DNA of 64,000 bases from a virus (taxonomy: Duplodnaviria > Caudoviricetes), in IMG/VR virus record IMGVR_UViG_3300033757_000347; one strand, 5' to 3'. A program made the translations under genes and the position numbers. The notes beneath the pieces are model-generated. The model was given only the letters and a program-made list of their open reading frames with translations. It did no database searches and was not told the DNA's origin. This document shows positions 22,215-33,112 of this stretch, one piece after another (position 1 is the stretch's first letter; each line of letters starts with the position of its first letter).

Positions 22215-24083
22215 ATGCCTAAGAACAGGATAGCTCTAATCCAAGTCTGGTTCGGTAAGCTTCCCAGCTATTTTGAGTACCATCACTCAACTTGCTTGAA
22301 CCAGAGAATAGATTTCTACTTTTTCACCGATCAGGAAGTCGACAAAAAATTCGAAGCTGAGAACATCAAATTCATCAAGATCACGACCAAAGACCTTCAG
22401 CAGAAACTGTTCGATAAGACTAAAAAGCAGTTAGTCGTTCCGTCAGCCTACAAGCTAAGCGACATTAAACCAGCTTACGTTGATCTTTTTCAGGATCACG
22501 TGAAGGACTACGAGTTCGTTGGGTGGTACGACATTGATACTTTGCTCGGAGACGTGGTTTCGTGGATGGAACCTTACCTTAGCGAATTTGATGTGATCTC
22601 CTTCGGAGAGGATGGTCCAATTTACAACAGAATTTCAGGCCCTCTGACTATAACCAGAAACACTGAAAAGGTGAGAACAGTTTACCTTAGCGATCCTGTT
22701 TTTTACGAGTGCATGTCAAAACCAGAGTACGATGAATACGACGAGAGAAAGGTCACGGAAACTTACCGAAGATTGGGAATTCCTGTCAAAATTCTGTTTG
22801 ACTGTTCGAACATGGAGCCAATTAGCTACAAGATACGATTCGATGCTATCTGGACAGGTGGAAAGGTTTACGTTGGCGGAAAGGAAAAGTTAATCTATCA
22901 CTTCTTCATGAAGAAACTCACTGCGTTCGATAGAAAGGGTAACACAGTAATCGCCCGAAGGAAAGTTGAGTACTTGGATGATTTTTACTACATCACCTAC
23001 TTCACGGAGAATTACGAGCCAATGGTTAGAACCCTCATCAATTCACTTGAAAAATTTTCAAGAAGAAAGTGCATTCTCTATACGGTAAACTATTCATCGA
23101 AATTAGTGCACGAACTATCAGAACAATTCATAATTCGTCGGATAGATATAACTGGTAGGGATTTTCTAGACAGTAGAGGGCGAAGTTTCAACACAATTAC
23201 TTCTAAGCCAGTCATTCAACTTGATTCACTTAAGTCCTTTCCTGGAAAGAAATTCGTATTTCTTGATACTGACATTTACGTGACAGTTGTCATTGATTCA
23301 ATAGCAAAGTACTTCGATGACTTGGAAAATTATCCATTGACTAACTCTCACGTGCACGATGTGATTTACAGCATAGAAGAAAACGGAGATCACGTTAGTT
23401 CATTACACGCTCTTGGAGATGAGATAAGCGTGCCAATCACAGTATTTCCAAGAAGAAAAACTAACGTCATGCTATACGATGAACGATCGGCTTGGTTCTT
23501 TAAAGAGCAAATGCAAATTTACAATGACCACAAGGATTCTAAAAGAAGAGCGATCTTTAAGTTTCATGATGAAGATACTTTCAACGTCATATTATCTAAA
23601 TACAACTTTCACGGAGCTCTCCCAGTAGTTGACATTGAGGAGGTTTTCGACCTAAACTTAGAGGTGTACAATCACTATACGTACAGCGATTACCCTATAT
23701 CAGAGAGAGCAGTTGTTCCAGTTAACGATAGAGGTGTTTACGTGTTTCATGGTTACAAGAATGTTGAACTTTTTCAAAGGGTGGAAGATACGTACGGCTC
23801 AACCGTTTTGGATAAAACTGACCTCATCGTTGAGTACGATGGAAAGGACGTAGCTTTAATAAAAACGTCGTTCTTTCGTGACAAACGAATCAGACCAAAC
23901 GTGAACGTCACTCTAAAAGACGGAAATGCCGAATTGTTTAAGTGCGGATGGGAAATATTCAATTCCCAGTTTTTCTTCATCTGGGGAATTCACCTGAACA
24001 ATCACACGACTTACTTGGTCGAACTTACCGAACAAGAAACAGATCGACTTATTTTCAGAACTGAGCTGATCACAAACTACTGA
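22215..24083 (+). CDS. two-domain glycosyltransferase-like protein (DUF6625-like N-terminus)
   Basis: WFGKLP.YF, YKLSDIKPAY, DID and LDTD DxD motifs. Confidence 0.65.
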   Translation: MPKNRIALIQVWFGKLPSYFEYHHSTCLNQRIDFYFFTDQEVDKKFEAENIKFIKITTKDLQQKLFDKTKKQLVVPSAYKLSDIKPAYVDLFQDHVKDYEFVGWYDIDTLLGDVVSWMEPYLSEFDVISFGEDGPIYNRISGPLTITRNTEKVRTVYLSDPVFYECMSKPEYDEYDERKVTETYRRLGIPVKILFDCSNMEPISYKIRFDAIWTGGKVYVGGKEKLIYHFFMKKLTAFDRKGNTVIARRKVEYLDDFYYITYFTENYEPMVRTLINSLEKFSRRKCILYTVNYSSKLVHELSEQFIIRRIDITGRDFLDSRGRSFNTITSKPVIQLDSLKSFPGKKFVFLDTDIYVTVVIDSIAKYFDDLENYPLTNSHVHDVIYSIEENGDHVSSLHALGDEISVPITVFPRRKTNVMLYDERSAWFFKEQMQIYNDHKDSKRRAIFKFHDEDTFNVILSKYNFHGALPVVDIEEVFDLNLEVYNHYTYSDYPISERAVVPVNDRGVYVFHGYKNVELFQRVEDTYGSTVLDKTDLIVEYDGKDVALIKTSFFRDKRIRPNVNVTLKDGNAELFKCGWEIFNSQFFFIWGIHLNNHTTYLVELTEQETDRLIFRTELITNY

Positions 24084-24107
24084 TAAATAAGAATAAAGTA
24101 GCGGATC

Positions 24108-25073
24108 ATGCCAACTTACCAAGCTAGACCTTTTGCCATCGGAGATATCGGAGCAGGTGGATTAGTCTATTACAACATGTCAATAACCGAACCTTAACTA
24201 CGATGAACTTCCTGGTGGGTTGACTTGGTACATGGGACCCAACGAGATACCTGGGTTCATCATAGCCTTGCAGAACGGAACACAGCCAACGTTCTTTAGA
24301 TCCACTGATAAGACTGATGCAAGCTACCTTTCTCTGCTTCAATCTCTCTACAAGAGCAGCACTGGGTTGGAGCCAGGAACTACCATACCGTGGTTCGACT
24401 CTTTTCTTTCAACCAACAGCATGTACACTTCTTACGAGGTCAGCGGCTCGATGAGTTTCACTGGAACAGGAACCTGTTACGGAGAAGTCGCTAGTGCAAC
24501 AGACCTTCTTCCTGGAACGAACGATTTTACGGTCGAATGGTTTCAGAAGCAGAGTTTGGGGTCTGATTTCCCTAGAATATTCAGTTTGGCGCATGGCCAT
24601 CCGGTTTTGGTGCCAGCTCAGAAAGTGGTGCTCTTTATTTCTGGTACAACGGTCAGTACATATTTAGAGGTCTTCCGACCTGGCAGGACGAGTGGGTCCA
24701 CTTGGCTATCTGCCGCTACAAAAACTACGTGAGAATATTTCACAATGGCACTCAGCTTGGAGCGGAGGCTTACATACCGGACAACATAACTGATACTGAA
24801 ACAGTTATGCACCTAGGAATAGATCCAGGATATGCTTCTACCGCTTATTTCACAGGCCTAATAAGCAATTTACATTTTTTGCCTACCATGGCTAAGTACT
24901 GGGAAAATTTTCCAACTCCAACTTCCGGCCTGAATGTGTCCTACAATTCAAACCTTCTCATGCGATCGTCCACCAACGGGTCGCTTTTGACCGACTCCAG
25001 CCCAGTCGGAAAGACCGTAACTAGTGCTGGATCAACACCTATCGCTTGGAGTTCAGATAAACCTTTCGTCTAA
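24108..25073 (+). pseudogene. LamG/concanavalin-like domain protein split by two frameshifts
   Basis: DFTVEWF...WVHLAICR...FTGLISNLH spans three frames; shifts near 24190 and 24585. Confidence 0.6.
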
Positions 25074-25137
25074 ACAGAGTATAAATAACTAGACTGATCA
25101 CCGCATTTTTTAGTAGGTTAGCCCAAACTATCGACTA

Positions 25138-25491
25138 ATGTGCGAAGACGAAACAATTAACAGAACCATAATGAAGCTGTTCCGCCAATTCAAACTGGGG
25201 AACACTCTTCACACTTGCAAGTACAGAATAGATAAGGAACTTGTAAAGCGGGCTAACCTTGGAGAACGCGCTCTCGACGAGCTCGTTCGCACAGAGATCT
25301 CTCACGTTTTAGCTGAGCAGATCGTAAATCAGCACAGATCGGAAATAAGTTCCGTCGAAGACGAGGAATTCGTCGAGTACGGAGTCCGGCTCATGGTCAT
25401 TGGTCTGAAAGACTTTAAGACTGTGGTCGAAGCGGCCATCCAAATGCTGCCGGAAGAACAAATAACAAAGATAAGAAATGGACAATCCTAA
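25138..25491 (+). CDS. hypothetical protein
   Basis: ORF after late promoter TATAAATA at 25080. Confidence 0.65.
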   Translation: MCEDETINRTIMKLFRQFKLGNTLHTCKYRIDKELVKRANLGERALDELVRTEISHVLAEQIVNQHRSEISSVEDEEFVEYGVRLMVIGLKDFKTVVEAAIQMLPEEQITKIRNGQS

Positions 25492-25810
25492 AGTAATTTT
25501 TCAAAACGCTGAAGAGTGGATCAAGAAACTCTTCAAGGGTCTAGGAAATGCCCTAGTAATAGCAATCGTTCTAGTAGTTGGTTTTTTCATCGGTTACTAC
25601 TACTACGTTTTCACCAACAAACCGGTTCAAGAATCTCCGCTTGGTCACGTAAGAACCATGCAAGAAACGTCGGTCGCAGTTAACGAACGAAGCGAACTCA
25701 TGATCATAGATCGCTCTACTGGAAACTACACTGTGTACTGCGACTCGGTTGGTACAGCAATCTTTACGGTTTACGCCAACCAAAAATACCAGGAAGCGGT
25801 AAAGCCATGA
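25478..25810 (+). CDS. membrane protein
   Basis: Single TM segment, upstream of SLT gene. Confidence 0.7.
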   Translation: MDNPKVIFQNAEEWIKKLFKGLGNALVIAIVLVVGFFIGYYYYVFTNKPVQESPLGHVRTMQETSVAVNERSELMIIDRSTGNYTVYCDSVGTAIFTVYANQKYQEAVKP

Positions 25811-26313
25811 TACGCGCGAAATTAATCATATTTCTAGCGTCGCTGATGCTATTGGGCGCAGCCTGGTCTTACGAAACGACTAAAGTAACCCAGAAAAAGA
25901 TACAGACGGTCGGAACTCCTATTAGCAAGGGACCGCTAAGCATCAGAATGTACGACTACTTGGTTGAGTACTCGGAAAAGTACGAGGTACCTCTTCAGAT
26001 AGCACTGGGAATAGCTAAAGCAGAGACTGGGTACGAGGGACCGTTCCACTGGGACTACAATCCAGTTAGAGTTTCCAGCGCCGGAGCTTGCGGAGCCATG
26101 CAGATACTTCCGTCAACCGCGACTTACATATACGGCGAACGAGTAACGAAAGATCAACTGCTAAACGATCTTGAGTTGAACGTTGAAATTTCTATGAAGT
26201 ACATGGCGTACCTTTACAAAATGTTCAAGCGATGGGACATAGCTCTTGGGTACTATAACACCGGAACGCCGGTGGTCAATAACTACGCGATGCGCATCAT
26301 GAAAAACACATAA
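25807..26313 (+). CDS. lytic transglycosylase (SLT domain)
   Basis: AET, SSAGACGAMQILPSTA, ALGYYNTG; N-terminal signal anchor. Confidence 0.9.
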   Translation: MIRAKLIIFLASLMLLGAAWSYETTKVTQKKIQTVGTPISKGPLSIRMYDYLVEYSEKYEVPLQIALGIAKAETGYEGPFHWDYNPVRVSSAGACGAMQILPSTATYIYGERVTKDQLLNDLELNVEISMKYMAYLYKMFKRWDIALGYYNTGTPVVNNYAMRIMKNT

Positions 26314-26314
26314 C

Positions 26315-26575
26315 ATGGAAAAGAAACAAGTAATAGTAACAGTCTCAGGGGAGCCGGCTTCCGGAAAGTCCAGAATTGCTTACATCATTGCTCAACGCTT
26401 AGCTGGGTTAGGTTTAGAAGTAACGGTAGAGCCGACTGCTGACCACCCAACCACCGAAAATTTTGCTAACCAAATGAAACAGAATCTTCCTGAAGTCATC
26501 GAAGCTTTTGCTAAAACTCGATCGATTACTGTTCGTGAGGTGTGCACTCAAAAAGAACCTAAAACCAATGGCTGA
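26315..26575 (+). CDS. small P-loop protein
   Basis: GEPASGKS. Confidence 0.6.
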   Translation: MEKKQVIVTVSGEPASGKSRIAYIIAQRLAGLGLEVTVEPTADHPTTENFANQMKQNLPEVIEAFAKTRSITVREVCTQKEPKTNG

Positions 26576-26900
26576 TTTTTGTACACCGTGTTCAGCGGCA
26601 ATGTTCGGAGATCGTTTTCAGCCGGACATTAACTTAAGGGAAATCGCTGCAACTTTGGAAAATGGAACGTACGTTCCTGTCCTGTGCGAGGGTTGCGGCA
26701 TGAACGCAGTAGGAAAAGACGAAAATGGACAGGTCATCGTTCACATTCCTGAAAACGTCAGAGATGCCAGTTGCGAAATTTACCTATGGATTCCTCTAGA
26801 AGATTTCGAACGAGATCACTTAACTAAGTACTGGTACCATGCGCCGGAGCACCAAGAATTTTTAAGAGAAAGTGAAACAATTTCACCCCAAGTAGTATAA
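26568..26900 (+). CDS. hypothetical Zn-binding protein
   Basis: MADFCTPC...LCEGCG. Confidence 0.65.
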   Translation: MADFCTPCSAAMFGDRFQPDINLREIAATLENGTYVPVLCEGCGMNAVGKDENGQVIVHIPENVRDASCEIYLWIPLEDFERDHLTKYWYHAPEHQEFLRESETISPQVV

Positions 26901-26920
26901 TATCTAAAAATCACAACAAC

Positions 26921-29080
26921 ATGAATCACACAAAAATCGACCAGGGGTTTCACCTGGTTTCGCAGCAAGTTAGCGACAGGCGAGTTGTTGCAAATGTGAC
27001 AAAACCGACCAACCACGTGTTTGTGGTCGACGTGTCTGGCTCTATGAGCTGGGAATTGCCTCACATTCGCACCCAGCTTAAGAACAAACTCTCGACCTTA
27101 ATGAACCCGGGAGACACTATTTCCATCATCTGGTTCTCAGGAAGCAGCCAAGCCGGCATCCTCAAGGAAGAAGTCGAAGTGAAGTCCCTCAAGACTCTTA
27201 CCGACCTTCACGAGGCTGTTGACCGTTGGTTGAAGCCAGTCGGCCTCACAGCTTTCCTGAAACCTCTCCAGCTGGCAAAAGAAGTGGTCCAGCGCATCAA
27301 AAAGAACCGCCCAAGCAGCGTGTTCTCTCTCATCTTCCTCACTGACGGTTACAACAATGACTGCCCGTGGCCGGAAGTTATCAAATCTCTCAAGGAAATC
27401 GAACCCGATTTCTCTTCCTCCGTGTTCGTGGAATACGGCTACTATGCTGATTCAAAACGCCTTACTGAGATGGCTTCCATCATGGGTGGCGAAAAGATCA
27501 GCTGCGGCGGTTTCGACGAGTTCGAACCGATGTTTGACAAAAAGATCTCAACCGGCCTTACTGGCGGCAAGAAAGTTGTCGTCGACGTTCAGTCAGACCT
27601 TTACGACTTTGCTTTCTCAATCACTCCGTCCGGCGGTGTTGTCCTGTACAACATTGACAACGGAAAGATCATGGTGAGCGAGGACGTTGACCAGGTTTAC
27701 TACTTCTCAACTAAGGCTCTCGGTACTTCAGTCCTTCCGGACAATGCAGCGCTTTACGCAGCTGTCTACGTCCTGTCCGACAAACTTCTCAATGACGATG
27801 CTGAACGCATGTTCAACATGCTGAGCGACCCGTACCACTACCGCCTGCTCGCAAACGCCTTCGGAAAGCAGAAGCTCAATGCCTTCAAAGCTGCCGTTGC
27901 TGAGTGCGTTGCTGACGTTACGAAGAGGTTCCCTGAAGGAGTCTTCCCAATCACCAGGGTTGACGATCACGCTTACTGCGTCATGGACCTCATCAACGAT
28001 CTCGGTGAGATGGACAACAAGTTCTTCCCTGGCCACCCGGAATTCAATTACAACCGCATCGGACGCAAGCGCGTTACCGCGGTCAACGAAGCCGGCGAAC
28101 CTGAGCAGATCGACGCAAAGTTCATCCAGACCGACCCGAACCCTGGCTACGCTCTTACCAGCCTCGTCTGGAACGAAAATCGTGCCAACCTTTCCGTTCT
28201 CTGCAAGATCGAAGGAACGGTCGAGCTGCCGGACAACCAGTACGGCATCAAATCAGTTCCATCCTTCAAGTACAGGGCTTACACCCTCATCAAGGACGGT
28301 ATTCTCAACATCACCAAACTTCCGGTGAATTACACGAAGGAACTGTACGACCTGCTGCTCAGCCGCGGAATCAACGCTGAGATTCAGGAAGACTACATCA
28401 TCCTTGACCTTAGCAGCCTTCCTCTCGTGAACAGAGCGATGGTCCAGAACTGCTCAGCTAACGACCTGGCTCGCCAGGAATGGGAACTGATCAAGCTCCA
28501 GGGCCGCAAGAAAGTTTACGATTACTACAGGAAGAGCCTCTTCCCGAAGGAAAGCAAATCGTACGCTGAAACCTACGGCCAGGAAGCAGCAGAATGGCTG
28601 AAGCAGAACGGCATAACCGACTACAACGGTTTCTCGCCAAAAACAACGGCCGCTGAATCCACCGACTTCTACATGTCAGTCAACCTGTTCACCAAAGTGA
28701 AAGGCCTGTCGTCCCTGCCTAAAGTTGAGGACGTGATTGCCAACATGGCAAAGGGACCGATCACCAAACCGTCCGAATGGGTAATGGCAGTCGCTATCGA
28801 AGAGTACAACCAGCAGATCAATTCTCCGCTCTTCATGAGCATGAAACCGGAAGATCAGCAGAAAGCTCTTCAGAACTACATCATCACAAAGTCTGACGAA
28901 CTTAACAAAGCTCGCCGGGCAGCTCTACGCGAGATCGCGAAGACCAAGTTCTCCCTCATCCTTTCTAAGAAATGGTTCAAGGAGTTCAAGACCTTCGACG
29001 AGAACAAACTCACTCTCTTCCTGGACGGTCACCAGTTAGATTTCACTTTCGAAATGACCGAAAAGGCTGAGCAGATTTAA
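26921..29080 (+). CDS. large vWA-domain protein
   Basis: DVSGSM, FLTDG; high-expression codon bias; terminator hairpin at ~29103-29137. Confidence 0.85.
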   Translation: MNHTKIDQGFHLVSQQVSDRRVVANVTKPTNHVFVVDVSGSMSWELPHIRTQLKNKLSTLMNPGDTISIIWFSGSSQAGILKEEVEVKSLKTLTDLHEAVDRWLKPVGLTAFLKPLQLAKEVVQRIKKNRPSSVFSLIFLTDGYNNDCPWPEVIKSLKEIEPDFSSSVFVEYGYYADSKRLTEMASIMGGEKISCGGFDEFEPMFDKKISTGLTGGKKVVVDVQSDLYDFAFSITPSGGVVLYNIDNGKIMVSEDVDQVYYFSTKALGTSVLPDNAALYAAVYVLSDKLLNDDAERMFNMLSDPYHYRLLANAFGKQKLNAFKAAVAECVADVTKRFPEGVFPITRVDDHAYCVMDLINDLGEMDNKFFPGHPEFNYNRIGRKRVTAVNEAGEPEQIDAKFIQTDPNPGYALTSLVWNENRANLSVLCKIEGTVELPDNQYGIKSVPSFKYRAYTLIKDGILNITKLPVNYTKELYDLLLSRGINAEIQEDYIILDLSSLPLVNRAMVQNCSANDLARQEWELIKLQGRKKVYDYYRKSLFPKESKSYAETYGQEAAEWLKQNGITDYNGFSPKTTAAESTDFYMSVNLFTKVKGLSSLPKVEDVIANMAKGPITKPSEWVMAVAIEEYNQQINSPLFMSMKPEDQQKALQNYIITKSDELNKARRAALREIAKTKFSLILSKKWFKEFKTFDENKLTLFLDGHQLDFTFEMTEKAEQI

Positions 29081-29170
29081 TCATACAGCCTCCTTTCTTT
29101 GGACCGGGGCGGCCCTAAACGCCCCGGTCTTTTTTTGAACCGAGGAACGGCTGAGATCACCTTAAAAAAG

Positions 29171-29407
29171 ATGAATAAAACTATGAGTCAACGATCACAT
29201 GCATACCAGCTCACACGAGATGTGACCCAGGAAGAATGTCCATGGTTGGGTAGAGACTTCAAAAAAGGCGAGACCGTTTTTGAGTACTTGCAGTACACTT
29301 ACGGTTGCATAAGCCCAAGCGGAAAAGCTTTTACCGAGGTTTTCGACGAAACTCCATTCTTCGAACTTCCAATAGATTCTGTCGACCAGGAAGATCAATG
29401 CGGCTAA
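29171..29407 (+). CDS. hypothetical protein
   Basis: ECPWL...TYGCIS. Confidence 0.6.
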   Translation: MNKTMSQRSHAYQLTRDVTQEECPWLGRDFKKGETVFEYLQYTYGCISPSGKAFTEVFDETPFFELPIDSVDQEDQCG

Positions 29408-29459
29408 TCCTTTCGAAACTCAATCGAATTGGTTAGTAAAAATTAGCAAAGAATTCCAA

Positions 29460-31184
29460 ATGACGGATCTGAAAAAAGAGTTCGAACAGTTCGTTCAAGC
29501 AAAGCACCCAGCACTACAGTTCAGACCTCAGCAAAAAGAGGTAATAATCGACATACTCGAAGCTTACTTTGAAGATCCAGAAGGCATCTATTTGTTGGAT
29601 GCTCCGACCGGTTCGGGAAAGTCGATCATTGCTATGCTAGCAGCAGACTTTCTCATTCACAAGGGAAAAAGAGGCTACATACTTGCATCGGATCTCGTTC
29701 TTCACCAGCAGTACGTCAACGATTTCAGGAGAATGCAGTTATGGAACTGGGGTAACGTGAAAGGTGTCGATAATTACACCTGCGCGGTGAACGGTGAAAG
29801 ATTTTCGGTTGGAGACTGCAAGAGCAAAGGAATGTCGTACCAAGCAGTCGAATCCTTACCGTGCTTCAAGCACTGCGGTTACTTGATGGCGAGAAGAAAA
29901 TCTATACGTTCTCCGTTAGCTCTTCTCACTTACCCGTACGCGCTCATTCAAAGAAATTACGTGGAAGAAAAGCAGACAACTCCGCCGTTTCCTAAGAGAG
30001 ATTTTGTGGTCTGCGACGAAGCGCACAAGATACTCGACATCGTTCAGGGTCACTTCAGCCCGTTAGTCTCGCACGACATCTACAAGAAAGTGGAAAGGCT
30101 ATCAGACGGGTTGTTTGAGATAGGCTTGAAACGACCAAAAATCGACATAAATCGACTCGAAAGATTGGTCAAAGACATTTACGCTGAAGAGGATCACGAC
30201 GTTCTTCTTACTCTGCTAAAAGAAGTCGAAAAGATACTCGAAAGTCTTGTTTCTTCGGTTGGAGACATCAGAGAAATTGCTGGTAAAGAGTTCGGCGAAG
30301 AAGATGTGCCACGAGAGTGGATAAAGGTGTTCAACCTTTACGACTGGTGCAAGGACTGTCACTGTAAGATCGAGGATTACTGCGACATCATAGACCAAGT
30401 CGGAGTAAGCAAGATGGTAAAGAACCCTGGCGAGAAAAGCATAGCTTTCAACTGCATAGACGAGTATTACTTGCTAGGAAAGCACTTTTTCAACCAGTTT
30501 GGGTTCAAGCTGCTGATGACAGCAACTGTAGGAAACCCAACCGACTTCATGAAGAACCACGGAATAAAGAACGCAAGGTACTTCAAGATGGATTCTCACT
30601 TCAAGTGGGACAACTCGCCCATCATTTACTATCCTGGAAAGAAAATGTCAGCTCGCCACTTAGACGATAACTTCGAGTGGGGAGTTAGGACGCTATCCGA
30701 AATCCTGGAAACACACCCAGAGGATTCAGGCATCATACACACTGGTTCTTATGAGCTCGGTCAAAGGTTGTGGCAGGCACTTCCAAAAGAGGTCAGGAAG
30801 CGGGTCCTTCTGTACAAAGGATCGGAGGAAAAGGACGTCATGCTCAAGAAGATGAAGAAGAAGAGGGGAACCGTTCTGATGGGACCGTCTCTTCTCGAAG
30901 GTTTGAACCTTATAGACGACCTTTCCAGGTTCCAAGTGTTCATGAAGGTGCCGTACCCTCACCTAGGAGACAAGTACGTTGCAGCAAAGTTAAAATTCTC
31001 GCAAAAATGGTACAACTGGAAGACCGAAATACTAATATTGCAGGGAATAGGCCGAAGTATTAGAAGTGAAACTGATTATGCTGTTACCTATTTTATAGAT
31101 GGATGCTTGGCTGATCTATTAAGAGATCCGAACTTATTCGCTACTTCTAATTTTAGAGATAGAATTAAAGTGGTATATAAGTAA
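29460..31184 (+). CDS. DinG/XPD-family helicase
   Basis: FRPQQ, APTGSGKS, DEAH, KVPYP, QGIGRSIR, Fe-S-type cysteines. Confidence 0.9.
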   Translation: MTDLKKEFEQFVQAKHPALQFRPQQKEVIIDILEAYFEDPEGIYLLDAPTGSGKSIIAMLAADFLIHKGKRGYILASDLVLHQQYVNDFRRMQLWNWGNVKGVDNYTCAVNGERFSVGDCKSKGMSYQAVESLPCFKHCGYLMARRKSIRSPLALLTYPYALIQRNYVEEKQTTPPFPKRDFVVCDEAHKILDIVQGHFSPLVSHDIYKKVERLSDGLFEIGLKRPKIDINRLERLVKDIYAEEDHDVLLTLLKEVEKILESLVSSVGDIREIAGKEFGEEDVPREWIKVFNLYDWCKDCHCKIEDYCDIIDQVGVSKMVKNPGEKSIAFNCIDEYYLLGKHFFNQFGFKLLMTATVGNPTDFMKNHGIKNARYFKMDSHFKWDNSPIIYYPGKKMSARHLDDNFEWGVRTLSEILETHPEDSGIIHTGSYELGQRLWQALPKEVRKRVLLYKGSEEKDVMLKKMKKKRGTVLMGPSLLEGLNLIDDLSRFQVFMKVPYPHLGDKYVAAKLKFSQKWYNWKTEILILQGIGRSIRSETDYAVTYFIDGCLADLLRDPNLFATSNFRDRIKVVYK

Positions 31185-31222
31185 AGCAACGATGTGAGTT
31201 CTATAAATAGAAATAAACTCAC

Positions 31223-31987
31223 ATGCAAATCTATAAAATTACAAATTTAATAAATGGTAAAATTTATATTGGGAAAGATGAACATGATAGGCCTAACTAT
31301 TTTGGTTCTGGCAAAATTATAAAATTGGCAATTAACCAATATGGGTTAACTAACTTTAAAAAAGAAATACTTGAAATATGTAATAGTCGAGAGGAGTTAT
31401 GCGAACGTGAACAATTTTGGATCAAGCATGTAAATACTAAAAGTCCTATTGGATATAATATAGCGAATGGTGGAAATGGCGGAGATACGACAACACATCA
31501 TCCAAATAAAATCCAAATAATAGAAAAAAGAAAAATTTCAAACACTGGTAAAAAACGGTCGCCTAAGTTTTGTCAACTCATGAGTACTATTAGTTTAAAC
31601 ATAAATAAACAAACTAGACTCTTAAGTGGGCAAAAAGCAGCAAAAACTAAAAGTAAAAGATGGAATGATACTGGATATACACATAAAGAATTAGAGGGTA
31701 GAACCGTGTGCACTAAAAAATTAATCGAATATAATAAGAGTGACACTGGACGAAAAACTATATCTGAAAAACTAAAAAATAAATCAAAAAAGCCATTTAC
31801 TGAAGAACATAAACTAAATATTGGAAAAGCAAGTAAGGGAAGGCCTGGACCAAATCAAAAAAGAATCGTAGTGAATGGCGAAAATTTCGAAAGCTTACAT
31901 CATGCAGCTAGGTCATTGAACTTATCAGTTACTACGATAAGATACAGATTACTCAGTAAAAAATTCGAAACATGGCAATATTCCTAA
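31223..31987 (+). CDS. GIY-YIG homing endonuclease
   Basis: IYKITNLINGKIYIG...YFGSG, YNIANGG. Confidence 0.9.
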   Translation: MQIYKITNLINGKIYIGKDEHDRPNYFGSGKIIKLAINQYGLTNFKKEILEICNSREELCEREQFWIKHVNTKSPIGYNIANGGNGGDTTTHHPNKIQIIEKRKISNTGKKRSPKFCQLMSTISLNINKQTRLLSGQKAAKTKSKRWNDTGYTHKELEGRTVCTKKLIEYNKSDTGRKTISEKLKNKSKKPFTEEHKLNIGKASKGRPGPNQKRIVVNGENFESLHHAARSLNLSVTTIRYRLLSKKFETWQYS

Positions 31988-32002
31988 ATACTTCAAAAAC
32001 TG

Positions 32003-32134
32003 TCGATACGAACTCCGGACGATTGGGCGGTCACTTACTTGGTGGACGGATGCTTTTCTGATCTTTTCCAAGCCGCTGGAGACCAATTTCCTGTAGAATT
32101 CAGATCTCGAGTAAAGGTTGAATTCAAAAGGTGA
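32003..32134 (+). pseudogene. stranded original 3' end of the DinG helicase gene
   Basis: Reads SIRTPDDWAVTYLVDGCFSDL...FRSRVKVEFKR*, paralogous to helicase C-terminus SIRSETDYAVTYFIDGCLADL...FRDRIKVVYK*. Confidence 0.85.
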
Positions 32135-32145
32135 TAAATATATGC

Positions 32146-32481
32146 ATGGAACGAACAGTCAAATCATTTTTAACATTCATCGCTGAGAGTAAATTTTCGG
32201 ACAGAAAACCCGGAAAGGAAGGCCTTCTTTCCAGCAAGACCTTTTCGAAGGAGATGAAGGAAAAGGTGCTGCCGTACGTCAGTTCCGAAACTTACTACTA
32301 CAACAAGAAAGTTCTCAGACTGGCGATTCCAAAAATAGAAGGTAAAAGTTTTGATGGTGTTGACCTAGGTGCTGACAAGGACGGTTTTTTCGTGTTTACT
32401 CACAGAGCTAGGTCAAAATCGTACGACTCTCCAGAAAAGATCCCAAACGGCAAGATCAAATTCATCGAATCCACTGGGTAA
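32146..32481 (+). CDS. hypothetical late protein
   Basis: VKSFLTFIAE motif; THRARSKSY. Confidence 0.7.
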   Translation: MERTVKSFLTFIAESKFSDRKPGKEGLLSSKTFSKEMKEKVLPYVSSETYYYNKKVLRLAIPKIEGKSFDGVDLGADKDGFFVFTHRARSKSYDSPEKIPNGKIKFIESTG

Positions 32482-32513
32482 CCTAGAATAAATAGCAAAA
32501 AGTTACCTCAGTT

Positions 32514-33077
32514 ATGCCAAGAAAACACGTAAAGGTCTTCGAAGAATTCAGTGCAGACCGCTTCCTAGAAAATCCAGAAGCTGAACTAGCCAACAGTTCC
32601 GATCCTAACGAAATAGGAGAAGGAGATTACGTTGATTCTTACCGAGGCAAAGGCCAAGTTCTCGAAATAGTCGGAGATTTTGCAAGAGTTCAACTAGAAG
32701 GTGCAGAGCAGAAGATCGTGAAGATCCCGGTGTTCTCCTTGAAGAAGAGCAGCGCTCCAACTTCAAAAGTTGATTACAAACTCATACGCGGCGAAGTCGC
32801 TGACCTAGCAGATCGCATAACTAGCTACGTTTCTTACTTGGAACAGGACCCAACCGCTATCGATCTTCACAGTGCAGAAGATATGCTGAGCAACACTCTA
32901 GTCGACATCATATCTCTCCAAAAGCAGGATCCTAGCATTACCAGGTCAGACGATTTTGACGCCATCTATCACAGCTCAGTTAGCTTAGCTGACATGATAA
33001 CCGACATCTCTCCAGGCAGAAGAGAAACTATCGACACCATTCTCTCCAAGTACGAAGAGCTTGGAAACATGCAGTAA
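32514..33077 (+). CDS. hypothetical late protein
   Basis: HVKVFEEF motif. Confidence 0.7.
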   Translation: MPRKHVKVFEEFSADRFLENPEAELANSSDPNEIGEGDYVDSYRGKGQVLEIVGDFARVQLEGAEQKIVKIPVFSLKKSSAPTSKVDYKLIRGEVADLADRITSYVSYLEQDPTAIDLHSAEDMLSNTLVDIISLQKQDPSITRSDDFDAIYHSSVSLADMITDISPGRRETIDTILSKYEELGNMQ

Positions 33078-33112
33078 TCATTCCATTTTTTCCTTTCTGT
33101 AGTATAATTTAG

